A DNA stretch of 64,000 nt from a virus. The stretch covers positions 12,819 through 76,818 of IMG/VR virus record IMGVR_UViG_3300023718_000004, one strand, 5' to 3'. The notes below the pieces were generated by a model. The model was given only the letters and a program-made list of their open reading frames with translations. It ran no database searches and was not told where the DNA came from. Of this stretch, positions 19,709 through 29,302 are shown piece by piece. Position 1 is the first letter of the stretch, and the number at the start of each line of letters is the position of its first letter. The translations under genes and the position numbers were made by a program.

Positions 19709-19736
19709 TGGTATCATTCAGTATACTTTGGTATCA
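19709..19736. promoter_or_regulatory. Conserved 28-bp motif, copy 2, upstream of the tail operon
   Basis: GGTATCATTCAGTATACTTTGGTATCAT, followed on the minus strand by a hairpin plus T-run (19629-19663), then RBS and start. Confidence 0.5.
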
Positions 19737-19739
19737 TCT

Positions 19740-20291
19740 TCAAGAAGAGAACACCTCTTTGGCGATTTTGCGGATATTCTGAATGATTTCTACGCTTGCC
19801 TTATACATTGGCATTGTAGCTTCTGTACCGTAAGAACGTACCCATTCGCCAGAATCAGATACATATACCCAGGAATCGTTTTTTCCTTTTCCTTGTCCGT
19901 AAGAACCGATTATATAACCAAATTCTTCTCCTTTTGGATGCGGACTAGAACCGGCTGCACCATTGTAGTGAATACCTGCACCGAATTCTATAAACAAAAG
20001 GTCTATTCCTTCACATATTAAATGAGCTTCTGCATAGTCCCCAAAACTGTTGATTTTGATATAAGTATTATGGTTCTTATCAGAATCGCCTTGTGCTGCC
20101 AAAATATTTTGGTCAATGACCGGAATCCCTAATTCACATAATCTTTTTATGAAGATTTCATTTTTATTCCTTAAAGATTTTTGATAATTTTTTATTTCAT
20201 CAATAGCTTTTTGGATTGATTTCTGTGATAAGGTACACTTTATTGTCTTACCCATCTTCGTTTCCTCTCTTAGAAATTCCGTATCTGGCAA
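19740..20291 (-). CDS. Hypothetical head-tail/neck protein
   Basis: 183 aa in the neck gene block. Confidence 0.3.
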   Translation of the reverse strand: MPDTEFLREETKMGKTIKCTLSQKSIQKAIDEIKNYQKSLRNKNEIFIKRLCELGIPVIDQNILAAQGDSDKNHNTYIKINSFGDYAEAHLICEGIDLLFIEFGAGIHYNGAAGSSPHPKGEEFGYIIGSYGQGKGKNDSWVYVSDSGEWVRSYGTEATMPMYKASVEIIQNIRKIAKEVFSS

Positions 20292-20640
20292 TATTGCCTT
20301 TTTGTGTGTCTAAAATCTTCTTTAGTGTGTAGTCTGGTAATACTGTTGGCTCTCCATTTTCATCCAAAATAAGGTTTCCATCCTCGCTTATTTGTGGGAT
20401 TCTATCTATCCAAAATATGTCCGCTTCCTGTGGATGAAAATTTCGATTAAAGCTTGTAATATACCTGTCGTAATCTGGCACTATTCCGGCTGCAATTTCT
20501 TCCGGCGTTCCAGCAGTGGATGATACGGAAAAAGAGTATAAAACTGGTTTCTCATAAACTTTAATACGGTCTAATCCTTGTGTTTTCTCAGATATTCGTG
20601 ACCAATATACCTTTTGCTTTTGACGGACTAATCCTCTCAT
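20248..20640 (-). CDS. Head-tail joining/adaptor-like protein
   Basis: 130 aa. Position and size fit a neck protein. Confidence 0.3.
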   Translation of the reverse strand: MRGLVRQKQKVYWSRISEKTQGLDRIKVYEKPVLYSFSVSSTAGTPEEIAAGIVPDYDRYITSFNRNFHPQEADIFWIDRIPQISEDGNLILDENGEPTVLPDYTLKKILDTQKGNIARYGISKRGNEDG

Positions 20641-21023
20641 GCAATCATCCTTTCTGCTCTAACAGGGGCTACATATGTGAATTGGTTTCCCAAAATATCT
20701 CTGGCCGTACCAATCACGAAATGGCCGTAGTCTGCCAGAATATTGCATACAAATTCCTCTGCGTCCACCCAATATCGTTTCTTGACCATGCGGTGAAGCT
20801 CTGGCAGTAAACCATAGCTGAACATCACGCAATGACCTAATTCATGGATAAATACACGGTTCAGAAGTTCTCCATACAGGTTGTTTGCGATTGAAATTAT
20901 CTTTGTTGAATAATCCGATACCGCAAGAGTTCTTTCGCCTGTGCGGTCAATTAACACGCTGTCGTGCGGAGATACGAACTGCACTCTCCATAGGTCTCCG
21001 TTCATATAAAATTGTCTTAGCAT
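20637..21023 (-). CDS. ImmA/IrrE-family (DUF955) HExxH metallopeptidase
   Basis: NRVFIHELGHCVMFSYGL carries the HELGH zinc-binding motif typical of ImmA/IrrE. Confidence 0.6.
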   Translation of the reverse strand: MLRQFYMNGDLWRVQFVSPHDSVLIDRTGERTLAVSDYSTKIISIANNLYGELLNRVFIHELGHCVMFSYGLLPELHRMVKKRYWVDAEEFVCNILADYGHFVIGTARDILGNQFTYVAPVRAERMIA

Positions 21024-21041
21024 GGCTTATCACCATCCATT

Positions 21042-21374
21042 TCAAATTAACTCAAGTTCTTTGAATACTTCAAAAATCTTCGGAGATTGAATCGCAAACC
21101 AATCAACTGTGGTTTCATCATGTCCGAACTGTTCCATATGTTGCCAATTGCACTGCAATCCACTTTCCGACAAGAATGCATGAATAATTTCGTGTCTCAA
21201 CTGCTTTTTCTGTAAGAAGTCAAAATCACCAACGTTATTTACGTTGTCCGTTCTGATAACAATTTCCTTTGCAGTATTATCTGTAAAGCCGTCAATATCT
21301 GCATTTTTAAGTTCTTTTGGAATAATTCTGTAATTCGTTCCAAGAACATTTATTACACATTTTTCCATCATCAA
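21042..21374 (-). CDS. Second HExxH metallopeptidase-like protein
   Basis: LRHEIIHAFLSE HExxH motif. Adjacent to the ImmA-like gene. Confidence 0.45.
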   Translation of the reverse strand: MMMEKCVINVLGTNYRIIPKELKNADIDGFTDNTAKEIVIRTDNVNNVGDFDFLQKKQLRHEIIHAFLSESGLQCNWQHMEQFGHDETTVDWFAIQSPKIFEVFKELELI

Positions 21375-21434
21375 TCTCCCTAATTAAAAAGCCCCTGCTA
21401 CATTCCTGTAACAAGGGCAAAATTCATTTCATAT

Positions 21435-22061
21435 TCAATTCATCTGCTGTATCAGACGAGTTAAGTCGGTTTTCATCGACTGTCTAAGAGTCGCATCTGC
21501 ATCTGACCACATCTCTGTAAGATTTCTGACGATATCGGATGTATATTCTTTCATAGAATCATCCATCTTACGCTTGGAATCAGAATCTTTGGAATCATGG
21601 TAATGTCTGCGGTTCTCGCTGTATCTGTCATAGCTTTCACCATATCTGGACTGCTTATGGTTCATTCCATCCATTCTCATATCACTACGGTCTGGATGAT
21701 AACCCATGCGGTACATATTACGTTCGAACTCTGGATTGTTCAGATACTCGTCCATCCAGTCATCATCTTCCATGTACAGATATGGTTTATATCCCATACG
21801 ACTTCCTTTGCCTTTCGGGGCAAATCTGCCGTTTGCGTAACGATACCTGTCATATCCCATGCGACCAAGATATTTCTCTTCCTGTTCGCATTCGTCCATA
21901 GCTTCTACGATTCTGTAATCTTTATCTGCACAAATCGCACACTTTACAGCTTCCATGCAGTCTTTCAAATCGTCCCAGTCTTGAGCGCTGAGATTATCAA
22001 AGCCATGTGTTTTGGCTTTTTCCATAGCCCATTTTCCCATTTCCATTGCTGTCTTATGCAT
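21435..22061 (-). CDS. Repeat-containing acidic protein (RMGY repeats)
   Basis: GRMGYDRYRY, SRMGYKPY, YRMGYHPDR repeats. Low-complexity D/E/R/Y-rich. Confidence 0.4.
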   Translation of the reverse strand: MHKTAMEMGKWAMEKAKTHGFDNLSAQDWDDLKDCMEAVKCAICADKDYRIVEAMDECEQEEKYLGRMGYDRYRYANGRFAPKGKGSRMGYKPYLYMEDDDWMDEYLNNPEFERNMYRMGYHPDRSDMRMDGMNHKQSRYGESYDRYSENRRHYHDSKDSDSKRKMDDSMKEYTSDIVRNLTEMWSDADATLRQSMKTDLTRLIQQMN

Positions 22062-22485
22062 TCACGATACCTCCCCTCTTCGAAGCCTGTACAACATTTT
22101 CTGCTGTTGGGGCTGTACCATTGATTGCAGTCAGATTGTTATTCGGACTACATGCCGGATTTCCTAACATTTTGAACGCTCCACCAGTAGCACTTGTTGC
22201 AACTCTGGTTGCATATTTTGTTCTGGTTCTTACGCCACAAGCTGTTACCTGTGCGCAACAACGATTCTCCAATGGATATAAAGTTGTTCCTGTTCCTATC
22301 TGAATCATCACTGGGGCGGTAATTGTGGTTGTATTCGGAATAGACTGTGCTAAAACAATGCAGTATTTTTCTCCATTATTGTAGCTTCCTTCCGGGATAG
22401 TAACCACAAGATTTCCACCTGTGAATGCAATCGCAGTAGACATCACAAGGTGATTGCAAAGCTTACAAACATTCTTACATGCCAT
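22054..22485 (-). CDS. Cys-rich, Thr/Val-rich small protein
   Basis: MACKNVCKLCNH... N-terminal Cys cluster and RCCAQVTACG. Beta-rich composition reminiscent of self-assembling spore-appendage or coat-type subunits. This is a speculative comparison. Confidence 0.4.
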   Translation of the reverse strand: MACKNVCKLCNHLVMSTAIAFTGGNLVVTIPEGSYNNGEKYCIVLAQSIPNTTTITAPVMIQIGTGTTLYPLENRCCAQVTACGVRTRTKYATRVATSATGGAFKMLGNPACSPNNNLTAINGTAPTAENVVQASKRGGIVNA

Positions 22486-22563
22486 ATCTTTTACCTCTCA
22501 ATCAATAAGAGGTGAGCCGAAACCCACCTCTTAGAATTTAGTCAACCTCTAAGGGTGAGTTAC

Positions 22564-23370
22564 TTAGCAACAACCATTACCATATGTGCTACATCCTGCG
22601 TACGCATATGGAGCCGGAACCTGGAATGCAGGAATCGGAGCCGGATTGATTGCATTGATTAACTGCTGTGTCTGAGAAGCCATTGCAGTTGTGAGCAATG
22701 CAGACTGGCGATCCTGGGATGCAGCACGCTTCAGATCAGAATTCTCTGCCTGTAATGTTGCAATCTTATCCTGAGTTAAAAAGTCTAACAGCGCACGAGT
22801 GTTGCTGTTCTGATTTTCCAGAATGTCTCTGGTGTTGTTGTTCATTGTGTTCTGCAATGCACAAGTGTTGGTAGCCAGATTGTAATTTACGCCCTGGATA
22901 GCTTCTCTGGTCTCGCAGCAACAGTTCTGGAGCTGTGCCTGTAATGCATTGGTATTCTGCATACCGGCTACAGTATCAGCATTGATTGCCTGCTGAATTC
23001 CGTTGAATCCTTGAAGCATTCCAACATTCACGCCGTTGAAACCGCTCTGCATGGTATTGTTAAGCGCATATGTGCTATCGCAAATACCCTGCTGAATACC
23101 TCTAATACCATTCTGAATATCATTCAGAGCAAAGCCCTCATTGATATCTGCTCTGGTAGCCCATCCTTGGAAACCTGCACCATTTGTACCGTTTCCACCA
23201 TTGCCGCCCCAGCCACCAAAGCCGCCGAAACCGCCCCAGCCGAAGATTGCAAAAATAAGGACAAGCCAGATAAGGGAAAAACCATCGCCGCCCCACATGT
23301 CGTTTGCACGGTTATTAGAGCCTGTAGCGGCTGCAATGTCGCTAAGACTATAATTTGAACCATTCATCAT
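22564..23370 (-). CDS. Gly/Asn/Gln-rich single-TM protein with Cys clusters
   Basis: TM helix FSLIWLVLIFAIFGW followed by GGFGGFGGWGGNGGNG, then N/Q-rich coiled-coil-like segments, a CCCE stretch and a C-terminal YGNGCC. Confidence 0.45.
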   Translation of the reverse strand: MMNGSNYSLSDIAAATGSNNRANDMWGGDGFSLIWLVLIFAIFGWGGFGGFGGWGGNGGNGTNGAGFQGWATRADINEGFALNDIQNGIRGIQQGICDSTYALNNTMQSGFNGVNVGMLQGFNGIQQAINADTVAGMQNTNALQAQLQNCCCETREAIQGVNYNLATNTCALQNTMNNNTRDILENQNSNTRALLDFLTQDKIATLQAENSDLKRAASQDRQSALLTTAMASQTQQLINAINPAPIPAFQVPAPYAYAGCSTYGNGCC

Positions 23371-23464
23371 GTTTTTAGTCTCCTTAAATTTTATTTACAA
23401 TAGGAGACATCCGCGGCTGTCATCCCAAATTGTAGCGATTTTAAATCACCCAATTATGGGGAAG

Positions 23465-23713
23465 TTATTTCATCCCTAAAAATTTTTCCAAAATTCCTTC
23501 GGGAGAAAAATTCTTTTCTTTAAATATATTTTGCTGAACTTGGTGTAATTGTTCTGTATCACCATGTTTGTATAAATCCAAAGCATTTTTCAATGTTGGA
23601 TTGTTACCTGCAAATTTACTCATATCGTTCATCATGTTATCAACACTTCCGAACCTCTGAGAAATCATTTGCTGAATTTTTTGTTTCATTATTGTGTTTG
23701 GGTTGAAATTCAT
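23465..23713 (-). CDS. Hypothetical protein
   Basis: 82 aa, coupled to the upstream ORF. Confidence 0.35.
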   Translation of the reverse strand: MNFNPNTIMKQKIQQMISQRFGSVDNMMNDMSKFAGNNPTLKNALDLYKHGDTEQLHQVQQNIFKEKNFSPEGILEKFLGMK

Positions 23714-24198
23714 CTCTGATTACCTCCCTTCTGTGTCTTGGGCGGTTCAGATTGTATTGGCAATAATTCTTTAATTTCGGAAATCTCTGCGTGAACATCA
23801 TCACGAAGTTGGTTAATCAGCGAAACAATATCAACTTGATTTGTCTTATTGCTTTCTGGTTGTTCTCCTTCATTTACAAGTCTATAAGTGAAAATTCGGC
23901 TTCTGCCATCTGCCTGTAACTGTTTTCGGTAAACTTCTGTACCGTCAGTTTTTGGATAATAAACAGGGTTTCCAGACATATCTACGTCTTTCGCCTTTAC
24001 AGTATCAATACCGTCAACCATCTGTCCTTGCAACATGGGGATTTGTGGTACTTGTGGCATTTGTTGTATTGGTTGCTGAATCTGTGCCTGTCCGTATGGC
24101 ATTGCCTGCTGATAACTGTTCTGTAATTGTGCTAATCTATCTTGATACGGCTGTATTTGTTGAAATGGTTGCGCAAAATACGGATTACCATACTGCAT
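23710..24198 (-). CDS. Gln/Pro-rich protein
   Basis: N-terminal QPFQQIQPYQ...QQPIQQMPQVPQIP low-complexity region, then a globular domain. Confidence 0.4.
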   Translation of the reverse strand: MQYGNPYFAQPFQQIQPYQDRLAQLQNSYQQAMPYGQAQIQQPIQQMPQVPQIPMLQGQMVDGIDTVKAKDVDMSGNPVYYPKTDGTEVYRKQLQADGRSRIFTYRLVNEGEQPESNKTNQVDIVSLINQLRDDVHAEISEIKELLPIQSEPPKTQKGGNQR

Positions 24199-24288
24199 AT
24201 CTCAAACCTCCCTTGTTTTTATAACTATATTTTACAATAATAAGAGGTTGATTAACACGCCACGATAACGCCATAAATACGCCACGTT

Positions 24289-24588
24289 TTATGAATACAA
24301 AGAAAAGCCCCGACAATACATCGGGGCGACTTTCATAATTTTCTTCTTTAATTTTCTGTTTATGCGGTCTACGGTTCTTGTGCTGTAGCCCATGATTTCT
24401 GAAGCTTCTGCAAGTGTTTTTTCTTCGTAAACACGCAGTCGAAATAACTCTTTTTCTCTGGAATCAAATCCAGCTTCACGCAAATAGAAGATTCTTTCAT
24501 CTTCCGAAAAGTCTTTATAATTATCCATTCCACCGTCCTCCCTGTTAGTGGAATCAATATTACACCGGGAAAATGCCTTTAAGAGCAA
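24289..24588 (-). CDS. Sigma-70 region-4-like HTH regulator (ArpU/late-regulator-like)
   Basis: EKELFRLRVYEEKTLAEASEIMGYSTRTVDRINRKLKKK resembles sigma region 4 (ECF) HTH. Confidence 0.5.
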   Translation of the reverse strand: MLLKAFSRCNIDSTNREDGGMDNYKDFSEDERIFYLREAGFDSREKELFRLRVYEEKTLAEASEIMGYSTRTVDRINRKLKKKIMKVAPMYCRGFSLYS

Positions 24589-24871
24589 AACCTAAAACAA
24601 TACCAATTATTCCAGTTATGACATAAGCAATAATTTTGTCCTGTAATTTTCCTGGCTTTTCCATGAGTGATTTTAAATTGTCGTTCATTTCGTCAACTGT
24701 ATCTTTGATGTGTCCCAGATCGTTGTTGTATAAAGCAATTTTCTGTTCTAGCACATTGATACGATTAAAAAAGCCTTCATCCCTTTTGGAATGCTTTTCT
24801 TTCATCTCATGGACGGCACTTTCCAATTCTTTCAAGCGGTGTTCGTTGATACACTCGTGTTCACATCCCAT
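24560..24871 (-). CDS. XhlA-like protein (coiled coil plus C-terminal TM)
   Basis: N-terminal coiled coil (LKELESAVHEMKEKH...) and C-terminal TM IIAYVITGIIGIVLGFAL, the PBSX XhlA architecture. Confidence 0.45.
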   Translation of the reverse strand: MGCEHECINEHRLKELESAVHEMKEKHSKRDEGFFNRINVLEQKIALYNNDLGHIKDTVDEMNDNLKSLMEKPGKLQDKIIAYVITGIIGIVLGFALKGIFPV

Positions 24872-24979
24872 CGCTATTCCTTTCCATCACTCCCATTTTT
24901 TAAGATATTGCTTCTACCCACCTAATTTGAAGCACCCCTGCGATACGTGGGAGGATTGACGTATCACGCACACACCATC

Positions 24980-25300
24980 TTAGAATCCGATAAATGGAAA
25001 AACACCATGATTTACATAAATTTCAGTTTCGGAAGTCCAATTTCTGTTTACAGAAGATTCGGAATGTGATCCTTGAAATTCAGCTCCCTGTTTCACCAGA
25101 AAGAAAAGAGCCAAATCAAATATGCAATCATAGCAGTTTTCCATATCGGAATTTATTTTCTCATCACTGTAGGATGAAGGATAATTCCTTTTCTTCTTAA
25201 ATGAACGAATAGCCCTCTCTGCTGAAAGAGGAATCATCCTCGCTGTTTCTGCATCATCTTCAAGATAATTTGTCAAATCTTCTATAAGCTGTTCGTCCAT
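24980..25300 (-). CDS. Head-tail connector protein (gp6-like)
   Basis: MDEQLIEDLTNYLEDDAETARMIPLSAERAIRSF matches the Phage_connect_1 N-terminal pattern. Lies downstream of the capsid gene. Confidence 0.6.
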   Translation of the reverse strand: MDEQLIEDLTNYLEDDAETARMIPLSAERAIRSFKKKRNYPSSYSDEKINSDMENCYDCIFDLALFFLVKQGAEFQGSHSESSVNRNWTSETEIYVNHGVFPFIGF

Positions 25301-25508
25301 TTAATCACCTACCTTTGCTGAGATAAAATCTCTGATATTATTCCAGCCTTATTAGTTGCTGTCAGGGCATAGCCGTTATCACTTGCAAGTTGTCTTAACT
25401 GTGATACAGTCATATTAGACAACTCGCTTTCTGTATACTTATGTGTCGATTCGTCATAAACACTCGCTACAGATGGTGACTGGCTGTTTTCATCGAGACT
25501 ATGCCCGG

Positions 25509-26546
25509 TTATTCCCCCGCCTTGGTACCGATAACGATACCGCCGTTAGCTTTTGGTGCAACAGGAACAAACATACCGGATGCTTTTGTCCATACTGCAA
25601 CTGGGTCTGGTGTAGCCCACATGGAAAGAGTAACAAAGGAACGATTCTCTTCCTGGATAAACTGTCTGTATTCAAGTTCTTCTGGTGTTACGCCCCAAAG
25701 ACCGGAACCAAAGGAACCATTTGCATTTGCTTCATACAGAGTAAATACATCTTCTTTGAAGTATCTTCCTGTTTTCAGAGTTCCGTCTGCTTTTCTGTAA
25801 CGATATTTTTCATCGCAGCGATCAATTGTGATTCCGTACTCCTGCATAAGCAGATTTGTAAGCTCCTGTTTTGTCAGAAGACGTTTGTTTGCAGCTCCAA
25901 GAACCGCGGTCTGCATTGCAGTATTGCTTCTCATGTAGTTAATCATTTTAAGAGAAGTAAGAGCTTTGTTTACCACGAAACCATTGTCTTCTGCGACGGC
26001 AACCATCTTCTGGATATCACCCATGATATCTGCATCCGGTTTAGACCAGTCTGTCATTGTTACTTTTGCACTGGACGGTACGCCGTAATCAATGCTCATA
26101 TCCACATGATTTTCCTTGATTTTTACAATACCAGTGGAAAGGAACTGGCCTTTCATTACATTCGCCCTTGCGACTACGCCCTCAAAAAGATTGGCTGCAT
26201 CATCAAATACGAATTTTTTGAGATTATTGTCATCTGGAACACCATTTTCAATCGCTTGCTGTAATCGCTCAGACTGATTGATTTTTCTCTTGATGAAAAG
26301 CTTCTCGGTCAGTACCTTTTCAAAACCAGGTCTGGAACCAATTTCTGCTTCGGTATCAAGTGCATGAACAAAAGCTACCTCTGGCAGTCTTTGTCCAGCC
26401 ATAAGTCTGTAGTATTCAGCTTTCAAATACTGTGTTTTTGTATCTGGGAAAATGGTACCGAGGATACCAGGTCTTTTTACATCAAAGCTCTGGGAGAAAT
26501 TAAGTCTCTCTTCCTCTGTGATTGTTTCTAATACATTAAATGGCAT
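25509..26546 (-). CDS. Major capsid protein (lambda gpE-like)
   Basis: 345 aa preceded by a decoration-like gene and scaffold. Size and synteny fit the Phage_cap_E family. Confidence 0.75.
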   Translation of the reverse strand: MPFNVLETITEEERLNFSQSFDVKRPGILGTIFPDTKTQYLKAEYYRLMAGQRLPEVAFVHALDTEAEIGSRPGFEKVLTEKLFIKRKINQSERLQQAIENGVPDDNNLKKFVFDDAANLFEGVVARANVMKGQFLSTGIVKIKENHVDMSIDYGVPSSAKVTMTDWSKPDADIMGDIQKMVAVAEDNGFVVNKALTSLKMINYMRSNTAMQTAVLGAANKRLLTKQELTNLLMQEYGITIDRCDEKYRYRKADGTLKTGRYFKEDVFTLYEANANGSFGSGLWGVTPEELEYRQFIQEENRSFVTLSMWATPDPVAVWTKASGMFVPVAPKANGGIVIGTKAGE

Positions 26547-26559
26547 TTGTCATACCTCC

Positions 26560-26904
26560 TTAAAATACTGGGTCTTCTGTGACTACAAAAACAATTCCTG
26601 CTTTTTCAAGCTCTGTTTTTGCAGTAGTGTCAACTGTTACTGGAAGTCTCTTTTCGAGAACACGGCCTGCGACAATCACGGAAATTGGTCTCTTGGTATC
26701 ATCTGTCATATCAACATCTTCAAATACAATGCCGATTGCGCCTGTCGCATTTGTTGGATATACGGAACCTGCTTTAATAATTTTCTTAGTTCCAACTGTT
26801 TCAGCATTTGTCTGGTCTGCTGTGTAGGTTTTAAGTACAAGTCCGACCTCGGATTCGAGAATATTTGGAGTGGACTCATACTGCTCTGTTTTCATAAAAG
26901 CCAT
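26560..26904 (-). CDS. Head decoration protein (gpD-like)
   Basis: 114 aa immediately upstream of the capsid gene. Confidence 0.45.
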   Translation of the reverse strand: MAFMKTEQYESTPNILESEVGLVLKTYTADQTNAETVGTKKIIKAGSVYPTNATGAIGIVFEDVDMTDDTKRPISVIVAGRVLEKRLPVTVDTTAKTELEKAGIVFVVTEDPVF

Positions 26905-26922
26905 TATTTATATCTCCTTTAC

Positions 26923-27570
26923 TTAAATATTTACAGGGGCGTTATCGTCCGCTGATTTAGTTTCCTGGTTCATTTTTGCTGAGTAAGCTTTTGCAAATTC
27001 AGCAGCATCGCTTTTCACTGTAGGTTTGCCGCCGCTACCACCACCCGGATTCGGAGTGTTTTCTAATGCTTCTTTCTCCCAAGCTGCTTTTGCGGTATCA
27101 AGTGCTGTTTTATTTGCTTCGGAAACTCCCTTGACAAAAGTTTCAACTTCTTTCATTACATCCTCAGATTTCTCACAAGGCATGGACGCATATGCTTTAA
27201 TAGCACTTGCGTAAGTTTCGCTTGAAAGTCCTGCGTTTGCGAACATGGAAGTAATTTCACTGGTAAGGGCTTTTTTGTTGGATTCTGCAAGCGCAGCTTT
27301 CAAATCAGCTAACTCCTTATCCACTGCTTCCTTTTCTTTCTTGCGTTCAGCTTCTAGCCGTTCTGCTTCGGTCATGTTCTGCTTTTTCAACTCTTCCAAC
27401 TCTTTTTCCAGGGAATCTGCTTTTTCAGCTTTTTCCTTCAGAGAAACATTTTTGTCTTTCTCTTTCTTAGTTTCAGCAGAAATAGAATCAAGAAGCTTAG
27501 AAACCTGTTCCTCGGAAGGTTCTGCAACTCCCATACCGATAAGTACCTGTTTTGCCTGTTCTCTTGTCAT
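26923..27570 (-). CDS. Capsid scaffolding protein
   Basis: Start MTREQAKQV with an AAAGGAG RBS. Highly charged coiled coil (KELEELKKQNMTEAERLEAERKKEKEA). Confidence 0.65.
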   Translation of the reverse strand: MTREQAKQVLIGMGVAEPSEEQVSKLLDSISAETKKEKDKNVSLKEKAEKADSLEKELEELKKQNMTEAERLEAERKKEKEAVDKELADLKAALAESNKKALTSEITSMFANAGLSSETYASAIKAYASMPCEKSEDVMKEVETFVKGVSEANKTALDTAKAAWEKEALENTPNPGGGSGGKPTVKSDAAEFAKAYSAKMNQETKSADDNAPVNI

Positions 27571-27735
27571 TGAAATCTCCTTTCTTCCAGTCCAATACGC
27601 TTTTTCAACACGGTTCGCTCCGCACATGGTCTGTACCCGATTTACGCTCACGGGCTGTTGCAATTTATTTGATTTTGGGTATTAAAAAAGAAGCCTTAGA
27701 TTTCTCTAAAACTCCTTAAATAATCGAAATTTGGT

Positions 27736-29229
27736 TCATTCTTCGTTAGATGGAGAATTTGCCATTGGTTCTGTTTTGGACGGATTCTGAAATTTTTCAT
27801 CCAGTAGTTGTTGAGCTTTCTTCATTTCCGCTTCCGGGTCTGCCAGTTCCGGGTAAATAGTTCCCAGATACGGTAAACTCATTTCGTAGACTTTCTGCGG
27901 ATCACTAAATAGCCCACAAGTAATCAGTGCGATAAGCGGATGGATTTTATTTTTGAACAGATAATCAAGTGCTTGTGCTTTTACAAGCATATTGTCTGTT
28001 GGGTTTCTGGTTATCTTTACATCGAAATCTCGAGTTGAGATATTAACATCATTTGATGTACCACGGATAATATTCAGAATAATTCTAGCAGATTCCTTTT
28101 CGGCTTCCTTGGTGAATGCTTCTACCAATTTTGCATCTCTCTCTGCGAAGTCCCATCCATTACGAAGGTATACGGCATTTCCTGTATCTCCTCCGCTATT
28201 GCTTTGTCGGTTTGGCATTGCTTCCACAATCAGCATATTATTGTAGATATCATCCTTTGCAACCTGGCTCTCTGATTGATTCAGTTCAGCGGTCATAAGT
28301 TCAACATCCGACTGACAGCCATTTCCAGTGTCTTTAACAGAGATAGCACCAAGTTTTACCATTTTCAAAAACTCGTTTTCGTCTACCTCGCAGTTTTTAA
28401 ATTTCATAAAGGCTTGCACAAACTGTTCCACGCCATTTAATCTATCAGACTGGTATTTGTTGATTGCATCAAATAAGGTGATTGCAATTTCAACGTCTGA
28501 TAGTCTGTCGTGATTATTCGGGCATTCAACAATAGGAATCCCGCCAAAACCATTGATGCCGTAGTTGGTTACTTTTCCATTCTTGATTTCAAAAAACTGG
28601 TTCTTTGAATAACATAAATAATATTGCTGTTCGTCTTCATCCTTTAAAATCTGAACGGACAGCATTGGTTTCCCGTTTCTCTGCGAATATACAATGTAAC
28701 AATCACCTGGATATGGGATGAAAATTCTAAACGGTGGTAAATCTCCGTTTTCTGTCCAGTCCTCTTCTTTCAGAATAGCCTTATAAGAAGTTCCTGTTGC
28801 ACTCTGGTATATTGCCCTTTGGATGTTTCTTGCATCTGCATTGGCTTCATCCAAATAGTCATTCAGAAGGTCAACTTGCTCATTTATTTTTTCATCTGCA
28901 TTTTTCTTTTTACATACATATTGAATTGGCTCCCCACAAATCTGTCCAGCTTTAAATTTTACAGTTTCAAACGCGTGATTTTCAACCACTCTGTTATTAA
29001 CTTCTGGACGGACTATTTTGTTTCGGTATAATATCGGCTGATCGCCTTTCATGTACCGATACAAGTAATCAATTAATGTTCGGTTTCTATTATGTATGCC
29101 AATTGTATCTGATACTACTTTTACTACATTTTGTGGAGTGATTCGGTCAACGCCTGTGTAGGCCACTTTTCGCCCGAACTCACCTCGGCATAAATCTACA
29201 AAATTCATTGTATTTCTCACGAGCCGAAC
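27736..29229 (-). CDS. Portal protein (SPP1 Gp6-like)
   Basis: About 497 aa downstream of terminase. YRNKIVRPEVNNRVVENHAFETVKFKAGQICGEPIQY resembles the SPP1-type portal. Start is uncertain (29229 or 29205); the ORF-track start at 29310 falls inside the regulatory motif. Confidence 0.75.
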   Translation of the reverse strand, partial: VRLVRNTMNFVDLCRGEFGRKVAYTGVDRITPQNVVKVVSDTIGIHNRNRTLIDYLYRYMKGDQPILYRNKIVRPEVNNRVVENHAFETVKFKAGQICGEPIQYVCKKKNADEKINEQVDLLNDYLDEANADARNIQRAIYQSATGTSYKAILKEEDWTENGDLPPFRIFIPYPGDCYIVYSQRNGKPMLSVQILKDEDEQQYYLCYSKNQFFEIKNGKVTNYGINGFGGIPIVECPNNHDRLSDVEIAITLFDAINKYQSDRLNGVEQFVQAFMKFKNCEVDENEFLKMVKLGAISVKDTGNGCQSDVELMTAELNQSESQVAKDDIYNNMLIVEAMPNRQSNSGGDTGNAVYLRNGWDFAERDAKLVEAFTKEAEKESARIILNIIRGTSNDVNISTRDFDVKITRNPTDNMLVKAQALDYLFKNKIHPLIALITCGLFSDPQKVYEMSLPYLGTIYPELADPEAEMKKAQQLLDEKFQNPSKTEPMANSPSNEE

Positions 29230-29240
29230 CATCCTTTCTG

Positions 29241-29276
29241 AAAAATAAAAAGCACTGGATATTTTAATCCAATGCT
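29241..29276 (-). terminator. Leader terminator-like hairpin plus U-run between the motif and the portal start
   Basis: Minus-strand GCATTGGATTAAAATATCCAGTGCTTTTTATTTTT. Confidence 0.45.
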
Positions 29277-29302
29277 CTACTTTATATTTTACACATATTG
29301 GC

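Noticed and set aside
22564-23370. Collagen-like tail fiber call for the Gly-rich protein
   Set aside because: The Gly-rich part is GGFGG/GNGG, not GXY triplets. It is preceded by a TM helix and sits away from tail-tip genes.
25443-26264. 273-aa plus-strand ORF
   Set aside because: It is antisense to the well-supported major capsid gene, is Cys/Phe-rich low-complexity, and has no RBS. It is a spurious frame.
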